Positions 18,467 to 30,522 are shown, counted from the first letter of the stretch. The stretch: 64,000 nucleotides of DNA from an uncultured Erysipelotrichaceae bacterium (GCA_902801525.1 CADCIN010000001.1:34583-98582), one strand, 5' to 3'. The notes: generated from the letters alone by a model not told the origin. Translations and numbers: made by a program.

Positions 18467-19417
18467 TTAATCATCGTCACGTAATACTAGACCCATATCT
18501 CTTATTTTGTCTAATACTTCTTTAAGAGATTTTTTACCTAAATTACGAATCTTCATCATATCATTTTCACTCATATTTACAAGATCTTGTAATGTATGAA
18601 TTCCTGCTCTTTTTAAACAGTTATAAGCTCTAACTGAGAAATCTAAATCTTCAATTGATGTTTCAAGTGCTTTAACTTTTGGGTCTTCTGTTTTTTCAAT
18701 CATCATTCCACTTACATCTGCTATTGCAGATAAATCAGTTAAGATATTGAAATGTTCAATTAAGATTCTTGAAGCTAATGCGATTGCTTCTTCTGGTTTC
18801 ATTGAACCATTTGTCCAAACATTTAAAACTAATTTGTCATAGCTTTCATCTTGTCCAACACGAGCACTTTCTACTTCATATGATACTCTTTCAATAGGAG
18901 AATATAATGAATCAATTGCAATAACACCTGGTTTGTTAATATCATGAATTCTTTTATTGTCTTCACTTCTTACATAACCACGTCCATTTGTAACAGTCAT
19001 TTCCATATTTAAAGACCCACCTTTAGATACGTGAGCAATAACTTTATCTGTGTTAATTACTTCGATATCTGCATCATGTTCAATATCAGCGGCTGTTACT
19101 TCTCCTTCTTCATTTACATTAATACGAACAGTTTTTGGTTCATTTGTATGATTTTTAAATACTAATCCTTTAAGGTTTAATATTATTGTTGTAACATCTT
19201 CATAAACACCATCAATTGTTTGAAATTCATGTAATACCCCATCGATTTTAATACTACTAATTGCACTACCTGGAAGTGATGATAACATAACTCTTCTTAA
19301 TGCATTACCAATAGTTGTACCAAATCCTCTTTCTAATGGTTCAAGTTCAAATTTTCCATAAAAATTACTTTCTACAGAATCTGTTATTTTATATATTGGT
19401 TTTTCAAATTGTAACAT
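18467..19417 (-). CDS. rpoA: DNA-directed RNA polymerase subunit alpha
   Basis: 316 aa; alpha NTD/CTD sequence (LRRVMLSSLPG, KSLKEV). Confidence 0.95.
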   Translation of the reverse strand: MLQFEKPIYKITDSVESNFYGKFELEPLERGFGTTIGNALRRVMLSSLPGSAISSIKIDGVLHEFQTIDGVYEDVTTIILNLKGLVFKNHTNEPKTVRINVNEEGEVTAADIEHDADIEVINTDKVIAHVSKGGSLNMEMTVTNGRGYVRSEDNKRIHDINKPGVIAIDSLYSPIERVSYEVESARVGQDESYDKLVLNVWTNGSMKPEEAIALASRILIEHFNILTDLSAIADVSGMMIEKTEDPKVKALETSIEDLDFSVRAYNCLKRAGIHTLQDLVNMSENDMMKIRNLGKKSLKEVLDKIRDMGLVLRDDD

Positions 19418-19460
19418 GAAACTAACCTCCCTTTATTTTTTTCCACTAATTATTAATTAA

Positions 19461-19844
19461 TTATCCACGTGGACGTTTTGGTGGACGACATCCATTATGT
19501 GGTATTGGTGTAACGTCAGAAATTGATGTTACTTCAAGACCTGCTGTTTGTAATGAACGAATAGCTGTTTCACGTCCTGGTCCTAAACCTTTAACTTTAA
19601 CTTCTACTTTACGCATACCCATATCGTATGCAGCTTTTCCTGCAGATTCTGCAGCCATTCCAGCAGCGAATGGAGTAGATTTTTTACTTCCTTTAAATCC
19701 GATAGCACCAGATGATGCCCAACTGATTGCATTTCCGTCTTTGTCAGTAATTGTAGTAATTGTATTATTGAATGTTGAATGAATATTTGCAATTCCTTCT
19801 GGAACATTCTTCTTTACTTTTTTCTTTCTAGTCTTATATGCCAT
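19461..19844 (-). CDS. rpsK: 30S ribosomal protein S11
   Basis: ...[17 protein letters not shown]-terminus. Confidence 0.95.
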   Translation of the reverse strand: MAYKTRKKKVKKNVPEGIANIHSTFNNTITTITDKDGNAISWASSGAIGFKGSKKSTPFAAGMAAESAGKAAYDMGMRKVEVKVKGLGPGRETAIRSLQTAGLEVTSISDVTPIPHNGCRPPKRPRG

Positions 19845-19877
19845 AAGTCTAACCTCCTTTATATTATTTATTAGCTA

Positions 19878-20246
19878 TTAAGCTTTTTTCTTATTTGCTA
19901 CTGTTTTTCCTTTACCTTTACGAGTACGTGCATTTCTGCTTGTTCTTTGTCCTCTTACAGGTAAACCTTTTTTATGTCTTGTTCCTTGATATGAGTTAAT
20001 TTCCATTTTAGTTTTAATATTCATATTAACTTCACGACGTAAGTCACCTTCAGTTAAATGTTTATTAATTTCTTCACGAATTTTAGCTAAATCTTCTTGT
20101 GATAAATCACCAGCTTTTGTAGTTGGATCAATTTTTGTGTTTTCACAAATTTCTTTTGCAAGATTTCTTCCTATACCATAAATGTAAGTTAATGATATAC
20201 AGATATGTTTGTCGTTTGGAATGTCTACTCCTTTAATACGTGCCAT
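19878..20246 (-). CDS. rpsM: 30S ribosomal protein S13
   Basis: [13 protein letters not shown]... Confidence 0.95.
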   Translation of the reverse strand: MARIKGVDIPNDKHICISLTYIYGIGRNLAKEICENTKIDPTTKAGDLSQEDLAKIREEINKHLTEGDLRREVNMNIKTKMEINSYQGTRHKKGLPVRGQRTSRNARTRKGKGKTVANKKKA

Positions 20247-20266
20247 TTAATACACCTCCTATATTA

Positions 20267-20380
20267 TTATCCTTGTACTTGTTTATGTTTTGGATTTTCA
20301 CAAATTACTCTAACTTTTCCTTTACGTTTAACCACTTTGCATTTTTCACACATTGGTTTTACTGATGGTTTTACTTTCAT
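20267..20380 (-). CDS. rpmJ: 50S ribosomal protein L36
   Basis: Translated by hand: [37 protein letters not shown]. Missing from the ORF track because it is only 37 aa. Confidence 0.9.
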   Translation of the reverse strand: MKVKPSVKPMCEKCKVVKRKGKVRVICENPKHKQVQG

Positions 20381-20395
20381 TCTAAATCCCTCCTA

Positions 20396-20611
20396 TTATT
20401 TACGATAGGTAATACGCCCACGTGTTAAATCATAAGGCGATAATTCTAGCATTACAGTATCCCCTGCTAAGATACGAATATAGTGCATTCGTATTTTACC
20501 AGAAACGTGGGCTTCTACAATGTGTCCATTTTCTAATTGAACTTTAAATTTTCCTCCTGGAATAATTTCTAGAACTTTCCCTTCTATCTCGATTGTATCC
20601 TCTTTAGCCAT
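20396..20611 (-). CDS. infA: translation initiation factor IF-1
   Basis: 71 aa, [13 protein letters not shown]... S1-like fold sequence. Confidence 0.95.
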   Translation of the reverse strand: MAKEDTIEIEGKVLEIIPGGKFKVQLENGHIVEAHVSGKIRMHYIRILAGDTVMLELSPYDLTRGRITYRK

Positions 20612-20759
20612 CTAATCACTCTCCTGTTAATATTTGTATCCATTATTGGTTACTAATCAACAAACTTTAAAAATTTATAATTTTTATGTGTTGAAGGAAA
20701 TCCTTCGTATCTTCCTAAAAGAAGGTTTTCTCCTTCTTTTAAATGGTAACAGATACTTA

Positions 20760-21413
20760 TTATTTATTAATTATTTTTTCAACTTGTTCAAATACTTTTT
20801 CAACAGAATTATTTCCATCTACTGTATATAGAACATTTTGATTTTTATAATGATCAATTATTGGTTTAGTTTTTTCTAAATAAGTACTATATCTTCTTTG
20901 AAAAGCTTCTAAATTATCATCTTTTCTTTGATATAACTTTCCACCGCAATTGTCACATACTGATTCGATTTCTGGTGAATTTTCAGGATCATTGATATTA
21001 AAAATTGAATTACAATTTTCACATACTCTTCTTCCTGTTATTCTTTTTTCTAAAATCTTTTCATCAATATCTATTAAAATTACTTTTCCAACTTTATAAT
21101 TTAAGTTTTTTAATATCTTATCATATTCAATAGCTTGTTCAAGAGTTCTTGGAAAACCGTCAATAATATAACCATTTTTACAATCACTCTTATTTAATCT
21201 TTCTTGGATAAGTTTATAAGTAATTTCATCTTTTACTAAATTTCCACTTGCTAGTGTTTCAAATACATATTGACCAACTTCACTATCTTCTTTTGCAATA
21301 TCTCTCAAGATATCCCCTGTTGAAATGTGTGGAATATGATATTTTTCTGTAAGTAACTCAGCTTGAGTTCCCTTACCTGCAGCAGGTGGCGCTATAAACA
21401 TTATATTTTCCAT
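20760..21413 (-). CDS. adk: adenylate kinase (zinc-lid type) with unusual P-loop APPAAGKGT
   Basis: Adk-wide similarity; Cys4 lid (CENC...CDNC); P-loop has two Gly-to-Ala replacements relative to GxPGxGKGT. Confidence 0.9.
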   Translation of the reverse strand: MENIMFIAPPAAGKGTQAELLTEKYHIPHISTGDILRDIAKEDSEVGQYVFETLASGNLVKDEITYKLIQERLNKSDCKNGYIIDGFPRTLEQAIEYDKILKNLNYKVGKVILIDIDEKILEKRITGRRVCENCNSIFNINDPENSPEIESVCDNCGGKLYQRKDDNLEAFQRRYSTYLEKTKPIIDHYKNQNVLYTVDGNNSVEKVFEQVEKIINK

Positions 21414-21417
21414 TATA

Positions 21418-22692
21418 CTACCTTCTACTATAACTTCTCTTATAACTTCTTGCTAAAATGCTTCCTTCTAATTGTTTATATGTCTCTAAAGCTACACCAA
21501 CAACAATTAAAAGTCCTGTTCCTCCAATAGACACATTAGTTGATAAACTTGTGAATTTAGAGAAAATAATTGGTAAACCAGCAATAATTACTAGGAAAGC
21601 AGCCCCTAGAATAGTTAGTCTAGATAATACTTTACTAACATATTTTGTAGTTTCTTCACCTGGTCTTACACCTGGGATATAGCCACCATTCTCTTGTAAG
21701 TTCTTTGAAAACTCTTCTGGTTTAAATTGAATAAATGTATAGAAATATGCAAATGCAAATATTAATATTACATATAATACAAATCCTACAGGAGTTGTAT
21801 AATTTAAATATTTCGATACTACTAATGTGTATTTTTCATTCTTAATTACTTGTGCAAGAATACTTGGAATTGAAAGTAAGCTTGATGCAAAAATTACTGG
21901 AATTACATTTGCAGAATTTAATTTAATTGGCATAAAGCTTTGTGCAGCACTTCCATATGAACTTGTTGATTTATTTGAATATTGTATTGGAATTCTTCTT
22001 TCGGATTCTTGTACAAATATCATACTTACAACAATTGCAAAATATACTACTACGAATACTATAAATTTAATTATTCCTAATGTTATAAGTTGTGCAGTTC
22101 CATCAAATGATACTAATCCATTAAATGCATCTATAAACATTTGAGGAAGTGTAGCAATTATACCTGCCATAATTATTAAACTGATTCCATTTCCCATTCC
22201 TTTTTGTGTAATTTGATCTCCTAGCCATAATAAGAATGCAGTTCCTGCAGTTAAAATAGTTGCTATATAAATATATTTCATTGGTCCAGCTGTTTTCCCT
22301 AAGAAAGCATATGCAAATGCATAACCTTCAATGAATGAGAAAGCAATTCCCATATATCTTGTAATTTGATTTAATTTTTGTCGTCCTGTTGGACCTTGCT
22401 TACTTAAATCTGCAAAATACGGAATTACATCCATTTCTAATAGCTGAACAATAATTGATGCAGTAATATAAGGTGTAACACCTAAAGCAAATATTGAAAA
22501 GTTTTTTAAAGCTCCTCCACCCATCATGTTGATTAGCTCTAAAAATCCTATATTACTTGTTAAATTCTTAGTTCCAGGAACTCTAACTGAAATTCCTAGA
22601 ATAAATATTACAAGTGCCCCTAATGTGAAATAAATTCTTTTTCTAAGATCTTTATTAGTAGGAGTAAATAATTGCTTCATGGTTTTAAACAT
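21418..22692 (-). CDS. secY: preprotein translocase subunit SecY
   Basis: 424 aa, 10-TM SecY sequence. Confidence 0.95.
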   Translation of the reverse strand: MFKTMKQLFTPTNKDLRKRIYFTLGALVIFILGISVRVPGTKNLTSNIGFLELINMMGGGALKNFSIFALGVTPYITASIIVQLLEMDVIPYFADLSKQGPTGRQKLNQITRYMGIAFSFIEGYAFAYAFLGKTAGPMKYIYIATILTAGTAFLLWLGDQITQKGMGNGISLIIMAGIIATLPQMFIDAFNGLVSFDGTAQLITLGIIKFIVFVVVYFAIVVSMIFVQESERRIPIQYSNKSTSSYGSAAQSFMPIKLNSANVIPVIFASSLLSIPSILAQVIKNEKYTLVVSKYLNYTTPVGFVLYVILIFAFAYFYTFIQFKPEEFSKNLQENGGYIPGVRPGEETTKYVSKVLSRLTILGAAFLVIIAGLPIIFSKFTSLSTNVSIGGTGLLIVVGVALETYKQLEGSILARSYKRSYSRR

Positions 22693-22693
22693 A

Positions 22694-23137
22694 TTAGATC
22701 ACCTCTGCTTTACTTCCTGATTCTTCAATCTTTTCTAAAGCACTCTTAGAAAATTTAGTTGCTTGAATAGTTAATTTACGTTCAAGATTTCCATTTCCTA
22801 AAACTTTAATTCCATCTAATTGTTTTTTAATAATTCCTTTTTCTTTTAATAATGCAGGTGTTACCACTGTATTATCTTCAAAAATATTTAAATCACTTAC
22901 GTTAATAACTGCATAGACAGTTTTAAACATATGATTTGTAAATCCTCTTTTTGGTAGTCTTCTATATAAAGGTAATTGTCCACCTTCGAAAACTGGATTT
23001 ATACTTCCACCACTACGTGCTTTTTGTCCTTTTTGTCCGCGACCACTTGTTTTACCAAGACCACTACCTGATCCACGTCCTACACGTTTCTTTGCTTGTG
23101 TAGCTCCGATATTTTTTTCTAATTCATGTAATTTCAT
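22694..23137 (-). CDS. rplO: 50S ribosomal protein L15
   Basis: Gly/Arg-rich L15 sequence. Confidence 0.95.
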   Translation of the reverse strand: MKLHELEKNIGATQAKKRVGRGSGSGLGKTSGRGQKGQKARSGGSINPVFEGGQLPLYRRLPKRGFTNHMFKTVYAVINVSDLNIFEDNTVVTPALLKEKGIIKKQLDGIKVLGNGNLERKLTIQATKFSKSALEKIEESGSKAEVI

Positions 23138-23646
23138 TATCCTAATATCTCCTCTACAGTTTTTCCACGAAGTGCTGCAACTTGCTCTGGAGTCTTAATT
23201 GACTTTAATGCATTTAATGCTGCAGTAGCCATGTTTAATTTAGTTCTTGCTCCTAGTGATTTAGAGACAACATCACGAATTCCTGCTAATTCAAGAATAG
23301 CACGAACAGATCCACCAGCGATTACACCAGTACCAGCAGCAGCAGGTTTAATAATAACTCTTGCAGCTCCAGCTGTTCCGATTGCTTCATGAGCAACTGT
23401 TCTTCCATCAATTAGAGGTATTGTGATCATATGCTTATTAGCATCTTGAATTGCTTTTTTGATTGCATCAGGTACTTCATTTGCTTTACCAGTTCCTAAT
23501 CCAACTTTTCCTTTACGGTCACCAACGACAACTGTTGCTGAGAATCTTCTTTGACGTCCACCTTTGTTAACTTTAACAACGCTTTTAACTTCAATTACTA
23601 ATTCTTCTAACATTTTGTCTTTAGCTTCTTGAGTCTTTCTTTGCAT
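23137..23646 (-). CDS. rpsE: 30S ribosomal protein S5
   Basis: S5 sequence. It is followed directly by L15, with no L30 gene between them. Confidence 0.95.
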   Translation of the reverse strand: MQRKTQEAKDKMLEELVIEVKSVVKVNKGGRQRRFSATVVVGDRKGKVGLGTGKANEVPDAIKKAIQDANKHMITIPLIDGRTVAHEAIGTAGAARVIIKPAAAGTGVIAGGSVRAILELAGIRDVVSKSLGARTKLNMATAALNALKSIKTPEQVAALRGKTVEEILG

Positions 23647-23658
23647 AATACCCTCCTA

Positions 23659-24021
23659 TTAGAATTCTAATCCATTTTCACGTGCAGCTTCTGCTAAAGC
23701 TTGTACACGTCCGTGATAAAGATATCCACCTCTATCAAATACTACTTTTGTTATTTTAGCTTTTGTTGCTTTCTTAGCGATTGCTTCTCCAACAGCCTTA
23801 GCTGCTTCAACATTACTTCCATTTTCAAGTTTTAAATTCTTGTCTAATGAGGAAGCAGAAACAAGAGTAGTTTTAGTTTCGTCATCAATGATTTGTGCAT
23901 AAATTTCTTTGTTTGAACGGAAAACACATAATCTTGGTATTTCACTTGTTCCAGCCAATTTAGAACGAATTCTTTCATGACGAACAACACGCATACTATT
24001 ACGAGATTCTTTTTTTATCAT
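23659..24021 (-). CDS. rplR: 50S ribosomal protein L18
   Basis: L18 sequence. Confidence 0.95.
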   Translation of the reverse strand: MIKKESRNSMRVVRHERIRSKLAGTSEIPRLCVFRSNKEIYAQIIDDETKTTLVSASSLDKNLKLENGSNVEAAKAVGEAIAKKATKAKITKVVFDRGGYLYHGRVQALAEAARENGLEF

Positions 24022-24043
24022 ATTTTTTCTCCCTTCCTACTTA

Positions 24044-24574
24044 CTAAGCAGCTTTCTTTCCTTCTTTACGACGAATATGTTCGTCTTTGTAACGAATTCC
24101 TTTTCCTTTGTAAGGTTCAGGTTTTCTAACTTTTCTAATATTTGCTGAAAATTCTCCAACTAATACTTTGTCGATACCTAAAACTTTGATTTCAGTATTA
24201 CTTACTTGTTCTACTGTTAATCCTTCTGGTACGATTATTTCTACTGGATGTGAATATCCAGCGTTAATTACTAATTTTTTACCTTGAACATTAAAACGGT
24301 AACCAACACCTACTATTTCAAGTCCTTTTTCATAACCTTTTGTTACTCCAACGATCATGCTACTTACTAATGCATTCATTGTTCCATGCATTGCTTTAGC
24401 ACTTTCATTTTTACGTTCGAAAGATAATGATTCTCCTTCTTGTTTCATAGTGATGTCTTTTAACATTGGTTGTGTTAATGTTCCTTTAGGTCCTTTAACT
24501 GTTACTATTCCATCTTTTTCTTCGATTGTTACTCCAGCTGGAACAGTTATAATACGATTTCCAATACGGCTCAT
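24044..24574 (-). CDS. rplF: 50S ribosomal protein L6
   Basis: L6 sequence. Confidence 0.95.
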   Translation of the reverse strand: MSRIGNRIITVPAGVTIEEKDGIVTVKGPKGTLTQPMLKDITMKQEGESLSFERKNESAKAMHGTMNALVSSMIVGVTKGYEKGLEIVGVGYRFNVQGKKLVINAGYSHPVEIIVPEGLTVEQVSNTEIKVLGIDKVLVGEFSANIRKVRKPEPYKGKGIRYKDEHIRRKEGKKAA

Positions 24575-24600
24575 CTTGACACCTCCTTATATTTCTTAAA

Positions 24601-25002
24601 TTACCAAATATAAGCTAGAACTTCTCCACCTATATTTTGTTTACGAGCTTCTTTATCTGTCATTATTCCTTTTGATGTTGAAATAATTGCGATTCCTAAT
24701 CCATTTAATACTTTAGGAATTTCATCATTCTTTGCATATACACGAAGTCCTGGTTTGGAAATTCTCTTTAGTCCAGTGATAACTCTTTCTTTTTTATCAG
24801 TATATTTTAAAGTTAAAACTATTGTTCCTTGAGTATTATCTTCAACAACTTTATAGTTTTTAATAAATCCTTCTTCTTTAAGGATTCTTGCTATTTCCTT
24901 CTTCATATTTGAAGCAGGAACTTTAACTTCTTCATAACGCATTTGATTAGCATTACGAATACGTGTTAACATATCTGCAATTGTATCTGTTACTACTGCC
25001 AT
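24601..25002 (-). CDS. rpsH: 30S ribosomal protein S8
   Basis: S8 sequence. Confidence 0.95.
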   Translation of the reverse strand: MAVVTDTIADMLTRIRNANQMRYEEVKVPASNMKKEIARILKEEGFIKNYKVVEDNTQGTIVLTLKYTDKKERVITGLKRISKPGLRVYAKNDEIPKVLNGLGIAIISTSKGIMTDKEARKQNIGGEVLAYIW

Positions 25003-25022
25003 TCTATAATCCTCCTTTCCAA

Positions 25023-25208
25023 TTACCAGCTTGATTTTTTGATTCCTGGTATTTGTCCTTTATAAGCTAATTCACGGAAACAAATACGGCATATACCGAA
25101 TTTACTCATTACTGCATGTGGTCTTCCACAACGTGAGCATCTAGTATATTCACGTACTTTGTACTTTTGTGGTCTACTAGCTTTTATTTTCATACTTTTT
25201 TTAGCCAT
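25023..25208 (-). CDS. rpsZ: 30S ribosomal protein S14 type Z (zinc-binding)
   Basis: 61 aa with [10 protein letters not shown]...CRICFRE zinc-ribbon cysteines. Confidence 0.95.
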   Translation of the reverse strand: MAKKSMKIKASRPQKYKVREYTRCSRCGRPHAVMSKFGICRICFRELAYKGQIPGIKKSSW

Positions 25209-25220
25209 AATATTCCTCCA

Positions 25221-25760
25221 TTACTTTCTAAAAGGAATTCCAAGTCCATTTAATAAATCGTAAGATTCTTCGTTTGTCTTAGCTGTTGTTACGAAAACAA
25301 TATCCATTCCACGTACTTTAACAATATCGTCAAAGTCAATTTCGTTGAAAATTAATTGTTCTTTAATTCCCATTGTGTAATTTCCTCTTCCGTCAAATGC
25401 TTTTGGGCTAACTCCACGGAAATCTCTTACACGTGGTAGTGAGATAGAAACTAATTTATCCATAAAGTTATACATGTTTTCTCCACGTAATGTAACTTTA
25501 CATCCAATTGATTGTCCTTCTCTTACCTTGAAACTAGCAATTGATTTCTTTGCTTTTGTAACTACTGGTTTTTGTCCAGCTATTTTTGTTAAATCTGCCA
25601 TAGCAGCTTCTAATAATTTAGCATTGCTTGTTGCATCACCAACACCCATATTAATTACGATTTTATCTAATTTTGGAACTTCCATAATTGATTTATATTT
25701 ATATTTGTTCATTAAACTTGGAACTACTTCATTTAAGTATTTCTCTTTTAGGCGGTTCAT
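25221..25760 (-). CDS. rplE: 50S ribosomal protein L5
   Basis: L5 sequence. Confidence 0.95.
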   Translation of the reverse strand: MNRLKEKYLNEVVPSLMNKYKYKSIMEVPKLDKIVINMGVGDATSNAKLLEAAMADLTKIAGQKPVVTKAKKSIASFKVREGQSIGCKVTLRGENMYNFMDKLVSISLPRVRDFRGVSPKAFDGRGNYTMGIKEQLIFNEIDFDDIVKVRGMDIVFVTTAKTNEESYDLLNGLGIPFRK

Positions 25761-25778
25761 AAGTTACCCTCCTTCCAA

Positions 25779-26090
25779 TTAATCAATCTTCTCGTTTGAT
25801 TTTTTTGTAATTCTTATTTTTTTATTTGTTTTATTATCTGTTGTATGTCCTATTCTAGTTCTTTTCTTAGTCTTAGGATCAATAATCATAACATTTGATG
25901 CATTGATTGGTGCTTCTATTTCTAAAATTCCACCAGTTTCTTGTCCATTAGGTTTTTGATGTTTTTTAACAATATGTACACCTTCAACAATAACTTTATT
26001 TTCTGTTCTAAATGTTTTTGTTATTTTTCCTTCTTTACCTTTATCAGAACCAGCGATAACTACAACTTTATCTCCAACTTTTAAGTTCAT
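25779..26090 (-). CDS. rplX: 50S ribosomal protein L24
   Basis: L24 KOW sequence. Confidence 0.95.
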   Translation of the reverse strand: MNLKVGDKVVVIAGSDKGKEGKITKTFRTENKVIVEGVHIVKKHQKPNGQETGGILEIEAPINASNVMIIDPKTKKRTRIGHTTDNKTNKKIRITKKSNEKID

Positions 26091-26100
26091 ATTATCCTCC

Positions 26101-26469
26101 TTATAGTACTTCTTTTGCTAAAGAAACAATTTTCATGTAATCTTTATCACGAAGTTCTCTTGCTACTGGTCCAAAAATACGAGTTCCTACCGGACTCTTG
26201 TCATCACGAATGATAACACAAGCATTGTCATCGAACTTAATATAACTTCCATCTTCACGACGAACGCCTTGACGACTACGAACGATAACTGCTTTTACAA
26301 CTTTACCACTTGGTACTGCTGAATTTGGAATAGCATTTTTAACTGTTCCTACTACAACATCACCAATGTTACCTGTTTTTACCTTACTTCCACCAAGTAC
26401 ACGTATAACTAATAATTCACGAGCACCTGAATTGTCAGCAACCTTTAGACGGCTTTCTTGTTGTAACAT
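26101..26469 (-). CDS. rplN: 50S ribosomal protein L14
   Basis: L14 sequence. Confidence 0.95.
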   Translation of the reverse strand: MLQQESRLKVADNSGARELLVIRVLGGSKVKTGNIGDVVVGTVKNAIPNSAVPSGKVVKAVIVRSRQGVRREDGSYIKFDDNACVIIRDDKSPVGTRIFGPVARELRDKDYMKIVSLAKEVL

Positions 26470-26498
26470 AGATTTTCCTCCTTCATTTCATCTAAGCG

Positions 26499-26759
26499 TT
26501 AAATAATAACTGCTTCTTTTACTACTTCTTTTAAATAGAAGTGTTTTGTTTTAGACATAGGTCTAGTTTCAACTATACGTACTGTGTCTCCAACTTTTGC
26601 GATATTCTTTTCATCATGTACACTATATTTCTTTGAGCTTTTAACTCTTTTGTGATATAACGGATGGTTTTTATAAGTTTCAACTAAAACACTAATTGTT
26701 TTATCGTTAGTTGCGTTTACTACTTTACCAACTAATTCTCTTTTAATTTTCTTTTCCAC
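26499..26759 (-). CDS. rpsQ: 30S ribosomal protein S17
   Basis: S17 sequence. Confidence 0.95.
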   Translation of the reverse strand: MEKKIKRELVGKVVNATNDKTISVLVETYKNHPLYHKRVKSSKKYSVHDEKNIAKVGDTVRIVETRPMSKTKHFYLKEVVKEAVII

Positions 26760-26770
26760 TTTATACCCTC

Positions 26771-26965
26771 CTAATTATTACCTTCACGTTCTTTAAGAAC
26801 TGTTTTTAATCTTGCAACGGTGTGTCTTAAATCTCTAATTCTAGAAGGCTTTTCTAAGTTTCCAGTTGCTTGTTGGAAACGTAAATTGAATAATTCTTGT
26901 TTTGTTTCAACTAATTTGTTATTGATTTCTTCAGTTGATAATTCTCTTATTTCCTTAACCTTCAT
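26771..26965 (-). CDS. rpmC: 50S ribosomal protein L29
   Basis: [18 protein letters not shown]... Start moved to the ATG after GGTGGTGA; overlaps the rplP stop by 11 nt. Confidence 0.9.
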   Translation of the reverse strand: MKVKEIRELSTEEINNKLVETKQELFNLRFQQATGNLEKPSRIRDLRHTVARLKTVLKEREGNN

Positions 26966-27386
26966 TTTTTTCACCACCATTTTCTTTCATTACAAATTTT
27001 GTTGCAATTGGTAATTTATGAGCAGCAAGTCTTAATGCTTCACGAGCTGTTGCTTCATCAACACCGTTAATTTCAAACATGATTTTACCAGCTTTAACTA
27101 CTGCAACCCATCCTTCAACATTACCTTTACCTTTACCTTGTCTTGTACCAATTGGCTTTTTAGTAAGTGGCATGTGTGGGAATATATTAATCCAAACTCT
27201 ACCACCACGTTTCATATAACGAGTCATGGCTACACGAGCAGCTTCAATTTGGTTTGCTGTAATCCAAGCACCTTCTTTAGCTTGAAGTCCATAATCACCA
27301 AAATGTAATTCTGTGTTTCCACGAGATTTTCCTTCGTAAGGTAATCTATGTACACGACGATATTTTGTTCTTGATGGTATCAACAT
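26955..27386 (-). CDS. rplP: 50S ribosomal protein L16
   Basis: L16 sequence. Confidence 0.95.
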   Translation of the reverse strand: MLIPSRTKYRRVHRLPYEGKSRGNTELHFGDYGLQAKEGAWITANQIEAARVAMTRYMKRGGRVWINIFPHMPLTKKPIGTRQGKGKGNVEGWVAVVKAGKIMFEINGVDEATAREALRLAAHKLPIATKFVMKENGGEKNEG

Positions 27387-27387
27387 A

Positions 27388-28038
27388 TTAATTACCTCCC
27401 TTAGATTTCTTATTAAGGATTTCTCCTTTATAGATCCATACCTTTACACCAATTTTTCCAAATGTTGTATCAGCTTCAGCTGTTGCATAATCAACATCTG
27501 CTCTTAATGTATGTAGAGGAATAGTTCCTTCTGTGTATCCTTCAGCACGAGCCATATCTGCTCCACCTAAACGTCCAGATACTGATGTTTTGATTCCTTT
27601 AGCTCCAGATTTCATTGCATTTCTGATAGCACGTTTTTGTGCCATACGGAATGATGCTCTGTTTGAAATTTGGTTTGCGATTGAATCAGCTACTAATTGT
27701 GCATTTAAATCTGCTTTTTTAATATCAACAATTGAAATTTGTACATTTTCATCTGCAATCTTTGATAATTGTTTTTTAAGTTTTTCAATTTCTTCTCCAC
27801 CGTGTCCAATCATAACACCTGGTTTAGAAGTATGAATTACAACTTCACATCTCTTGGCATTTCTTTCTATTTCAACTTTAGCTATACCAGCATTTTTTAA
27901 GTTTTCTTCTAAGTACTTACGGATTTTTACATCTTTATCTAATGTCTTAGCGAAATCTTTTTTATTAGAATACCATTTAGCTTCCCAGTCTTTATTAATA
28001 CCAATTCTAAGTCCATTAGGACTAACCTTTTGTCCCAT
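27388..28038 (-). CDS. rpsC: 30S ribosomal protein S3
   Basis: S3 KH-domain sequence. Confidence 0.95.
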   Translation of the reverse strand: MGQKVSPNGLRIGINKDWEAKWYSNKKDFAKTLDKDVKIRKYLEENLKNAGIAKVEIERNAKRCEVVIHTSKPGVMIGHGGEEIEKLKKQLSKIADENVQISIVDIKKADLNAQLVADSIANQISNRASFRMAQKRAIRNAMKSGAKGIKTSVSGRLGGADMARAEGYTEGTIPLHTLRADVDYATAEADTTFGKIGVKVWIYKGEILNKKSKGGN

Positions 28039-28053
28039 TCTGTAACCTCCTAA

Positions 28054-28389
28054 TTAGTTTTTTGTAGCCACTACTATTACTATGTGACTAGTTCTGTGAT
28101 CTCTATGTCCGATATGAGAACGTGAATCAAAAAAATGACGTTTCATAACTGGACCAGCATCTACTCTTGCTTCTTTAACATAAAGTGTAGCAGCATCTGC
28201 TCCTTCATTATTAACAGCGTTAGCAATAGCAGAATCTAATACTTTTTTTGTAAGTCTTGCTGACTTACTGTTAACATTACTTAGTATATTTAATGCTTCT
28301 GCAGCACTTTTTCCACGAATTAGATCAGCAACTAAACGTGCTCTAATAGGTGAAACTCTAAGTCCTTTAGCAATTGCCTTTGCTTCCAT
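28054..28389 (-). CDS. rplV: 50S ribosomal protein L22
   Basis: L22 sequence. Confidence 0.95.
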   Translation of the reverse strand: MEAKAIAKGLRVSPIRARLVADLIRGKSAAEALNILSNVNSKSARLTKKVLDSAIANAVNNEGADAATLYVKEARVDAGPVMKRHFFDSRSHIGHRDHRTSHIVIVVATKN

Positions 28390-28414
28390 TTGTTTCCCTC
28401 CTAGTCATTATCTA

Positions 28415-28684
28415 TTATTTTTTACCATCTGAACCATGTCCACCAAATTTACGTGTTAATGCAAATTCACCTAATTTGTGACCAACCATGTCTTCAGTAA
28501 CATAAACAGGAATAAATTCTTTTCCATTATGTACTGCGAAAGTGTGTCCTATAAAATCAGGAAAAATTGTGGAACGGCGTGACCAAGTTTTAATGACTTC
28601 TTTTTTTCCAGACTTATTTAGTTCTTGAACCTTTTTAAGTAATCTATCGAAAACGTAAGGTCCTTTTTTTAAACTTCTTGCCAT
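28415..28684 (-). CDS. rpsS: 30S ribosomal protein S19
   Basis: S19 sequence. Confidence 0.95.
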   Translation of the reverse strand: MARSLKKGPYVFDRLLKKVQELNKSGKKEVIKTWSRRSTIFPDFIGHTFAVHNGKEFIPVYVTEDMVGHKLGEFALTRKFGGHGSDGKK

Positions 28685-28701
28685 TTATTAATCATCCTTT
28701 C

Positions 28702-29532
28702 CTATTTACTATTACGACGACGTACGATGAACTTATCAGATTGTTTTTTCTTACGTGTCTTCAAACCAAGTGCAGGTTTACCCCAAGGTGTCATTGGTGC
28801 TTTACGTCCTACTGGAGCACGTCCTTCACCACCACCATGTGGATGGTCATTAGGGTTCATAACAGAACCACGAACTGTAGGTCTAATACCCATGTGACGT
28901 TTACGTCCTGCTTTACCGATTTTAACAAGTGATGCATCTTCATTTCCAACAGCACCAATTGTTGCCATACATGTTCCTAATACTTTTCTTTGTTCACCAC
29001 TTGATAAACGGATCATTACATATTTTCCTTCACGGCCTAAGATTTGTGCAGATGATCCAGCACTTCTTGCTAGTTCTCCACCTTTTCCAGGACGTAATTC
29101 AATATTATGAATCATAGTACCAACTGGGATATTCATTATTGGTAATGCATTACCTACTTTGATATCTGCATTTTCTCCTGCAGTAACTGTCATACCAACT
29201 TCTAATCCTTTTGGAGCGATAATATATCTTTTTTCTCCATCAACATAGTTGATTAATGCAATATTTGCAGTTCTATTTGGATCATATTCAATACTTGCTA
29301 CTGATCCAGGTACGTTTAATTTATTTCTTTTGAAATCAATAATACGATATTTTCTTTTTACTCCTCCACCTTGGTGACGAACAGTAATTTTACCTGAATT
29401 ATTACGTCCAGAGTTTTTCTTTAAGATTTTAACTAAACTCTTTTCTGGTGTTGATTTAGTAATATCTGTATTAATTAATGTACTCATTTTTCTACGACCT
29501 GGTGTAGTAGGTTTATAATTTCTGATTGCCAT
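28702..29532 (-). CDS. rplB: 50S ribosomal protein L2
   Basis: L2 sequence. Confidence 0.95.
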   Translation of the reverse strand: MAIRNYKPTTPGRRKMSTLINTDITKSTPEKSLVKILKKNSGRNNSGKITVRHQGGGVKRKYRIIDFKRNKLNVPGSVASIEYDPNRTANIALINYVDGEKRYIIAPKGLEVGMTVTAGENADIKVGNALPIMNIPVGTMIHNIELRPGKGGELARSAGSSAQILGREGKYVMIRLSSGEQRKVLGTCMATIGAVGNEDASLVKIGKAGRKRHMGIRPTVRGSVMNPNDHPHGGGEGRAPVGRKAPMTPWGKPALGLKTRKKKQSDKFIVRRRNSK

Positions 29533-29549
29533 AATTTAATTTCCTCCTT

Positions 29550-29834
29550 CTAACCAAGCTCAATTGTTTGACCTTCTGCAAGTGTAACAATAGCTTTCTT
29601 TGAGCGATTTGTTAAACCTGTATAACGACCAACTCTTCTTTTTTTAGGTTTTACGTTTATTGTTCTAATTGATGTAACTTTTACACCAAATATTTTTTCA
29701 ATTGCATTTTTAATCTCAATTTTGTTAGCTCTTGGGTCTACTTTAAAAGTATATTTTCCATTTGCTAAATCATTTTGAGATTTTTCAGTAATAACTGGTG
29801 CTTTTAAAATTTCTAAATATTTAGTATCTTTCAT
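29550..29834 (-). CDS. rplW: 50S ribosomal protein L23
   Basis: L23 sequence. Confidence 0.95.
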   Translation of the reverse strand: MKDTKYLEILKAPVITEKSQNDLANGKYTFKVDPRANKIEIKNAIEKIFGVKVTSIRTINVKPKKRRVGRYTGLTNRSKKAIVTLAEGQTIELG

Positions 29835-30460
29835 TATCTAAGCACCTCCTCAATTTCTGTTAAAGCATCTTTAGTTGCTACTAAAACATCAGTTGCAACG
29901 ATATCTAATACATTAATTTCATTTGTAGTAATTAATACGATATTTGCAAGATTTCTAGAAGCTAAGATTAAATTTTCATCTAATTCTTTAACAACCAATA
30001 ATACTTTTTTGTTTTCTATATTTAATGATTTTAAAATTTCAACAAAATCTTTTGTTTTTGGAGTAGCTAACTTAATGTCTTCTACTGCAACGATAGCATT
30101 TTCAGCAGCTTTGTGTGAAAGTGCAGATTTAATTGCTAATCTTCTTTCTTTACGATTTTGTTTTTTGCTATAGTCTCTTGGTACTGGAGTTCCATAGTTT
30201 CCTCCACCAACCCATTGAACAGATCTGATAGATCCTTGTCTAGCACGTCCAGTTCCTTTTTGTCTCCATGGCTTTCTTCCTCCACCACTAACTTCTGAAC
30301 GGTTTTTTGTTTTATGAGTTCCTTGTCTTAATGATGCTCTTGTTAAGATAATTGCATCGTATAGAACTTTATCATTTGGAGTAATTCCAAATATTTCTTC
30401 ATTTAAATTAATGTCATTTACTTTTTCGCCTTTAAGATTTAAAAGTGTTACTTTTTTCAT
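29834..30460 (-). CDS. rplD: 50S ribosomal protein L4
   Basis: L4 sequence. Start moved to [13 protein letters not shown], after the AAAGGAGGA RBS; the ORF-track start lies 7 codons upstream. Confidence 0.9.
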   Translation of the reverse strand: MKKVTLLNLKGEKVNDINLNEEIFGITPNDKVLYDAIILTRASLRQGTHKTKNRSEVSGGGRKPWRQKGTGRARQGSIRSVQWVGGGNYGTPVPRDYSKKQNRKERRLAIKSALSHKAAENAIVAVEDIKLATPKTKDFVEILKSLNIENKKVLLVVKELDENLILASRNLANIVLITTNEINVLDIVATDVLVATKDALTEIEEVLR

Positions 30461-30522
30461 CTCTATTCCTCCTTTCATCACATTTGTTTAATTAATAAAT
30501 TATTTTAGTTTTTTTGTGATGA

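Noticed and set aside
19604-19807. 67-aa ORF in another frame inside rpsK; also the perfect palindrome TCCACGTGGA at 19465-19474
   Set aside because: Both lie inside the highly conserved S11 coding sequence. The palindrome merely encodes the conserved C-terminal residues and is a coincidence.
20612-20759. Short hairpins (GAAGG...CCTTC) between adk and infA
   Set aside because: Short 5-bp stems with no U-run and no known motif; probably just intergenic secondary structure or an infA promoter region.
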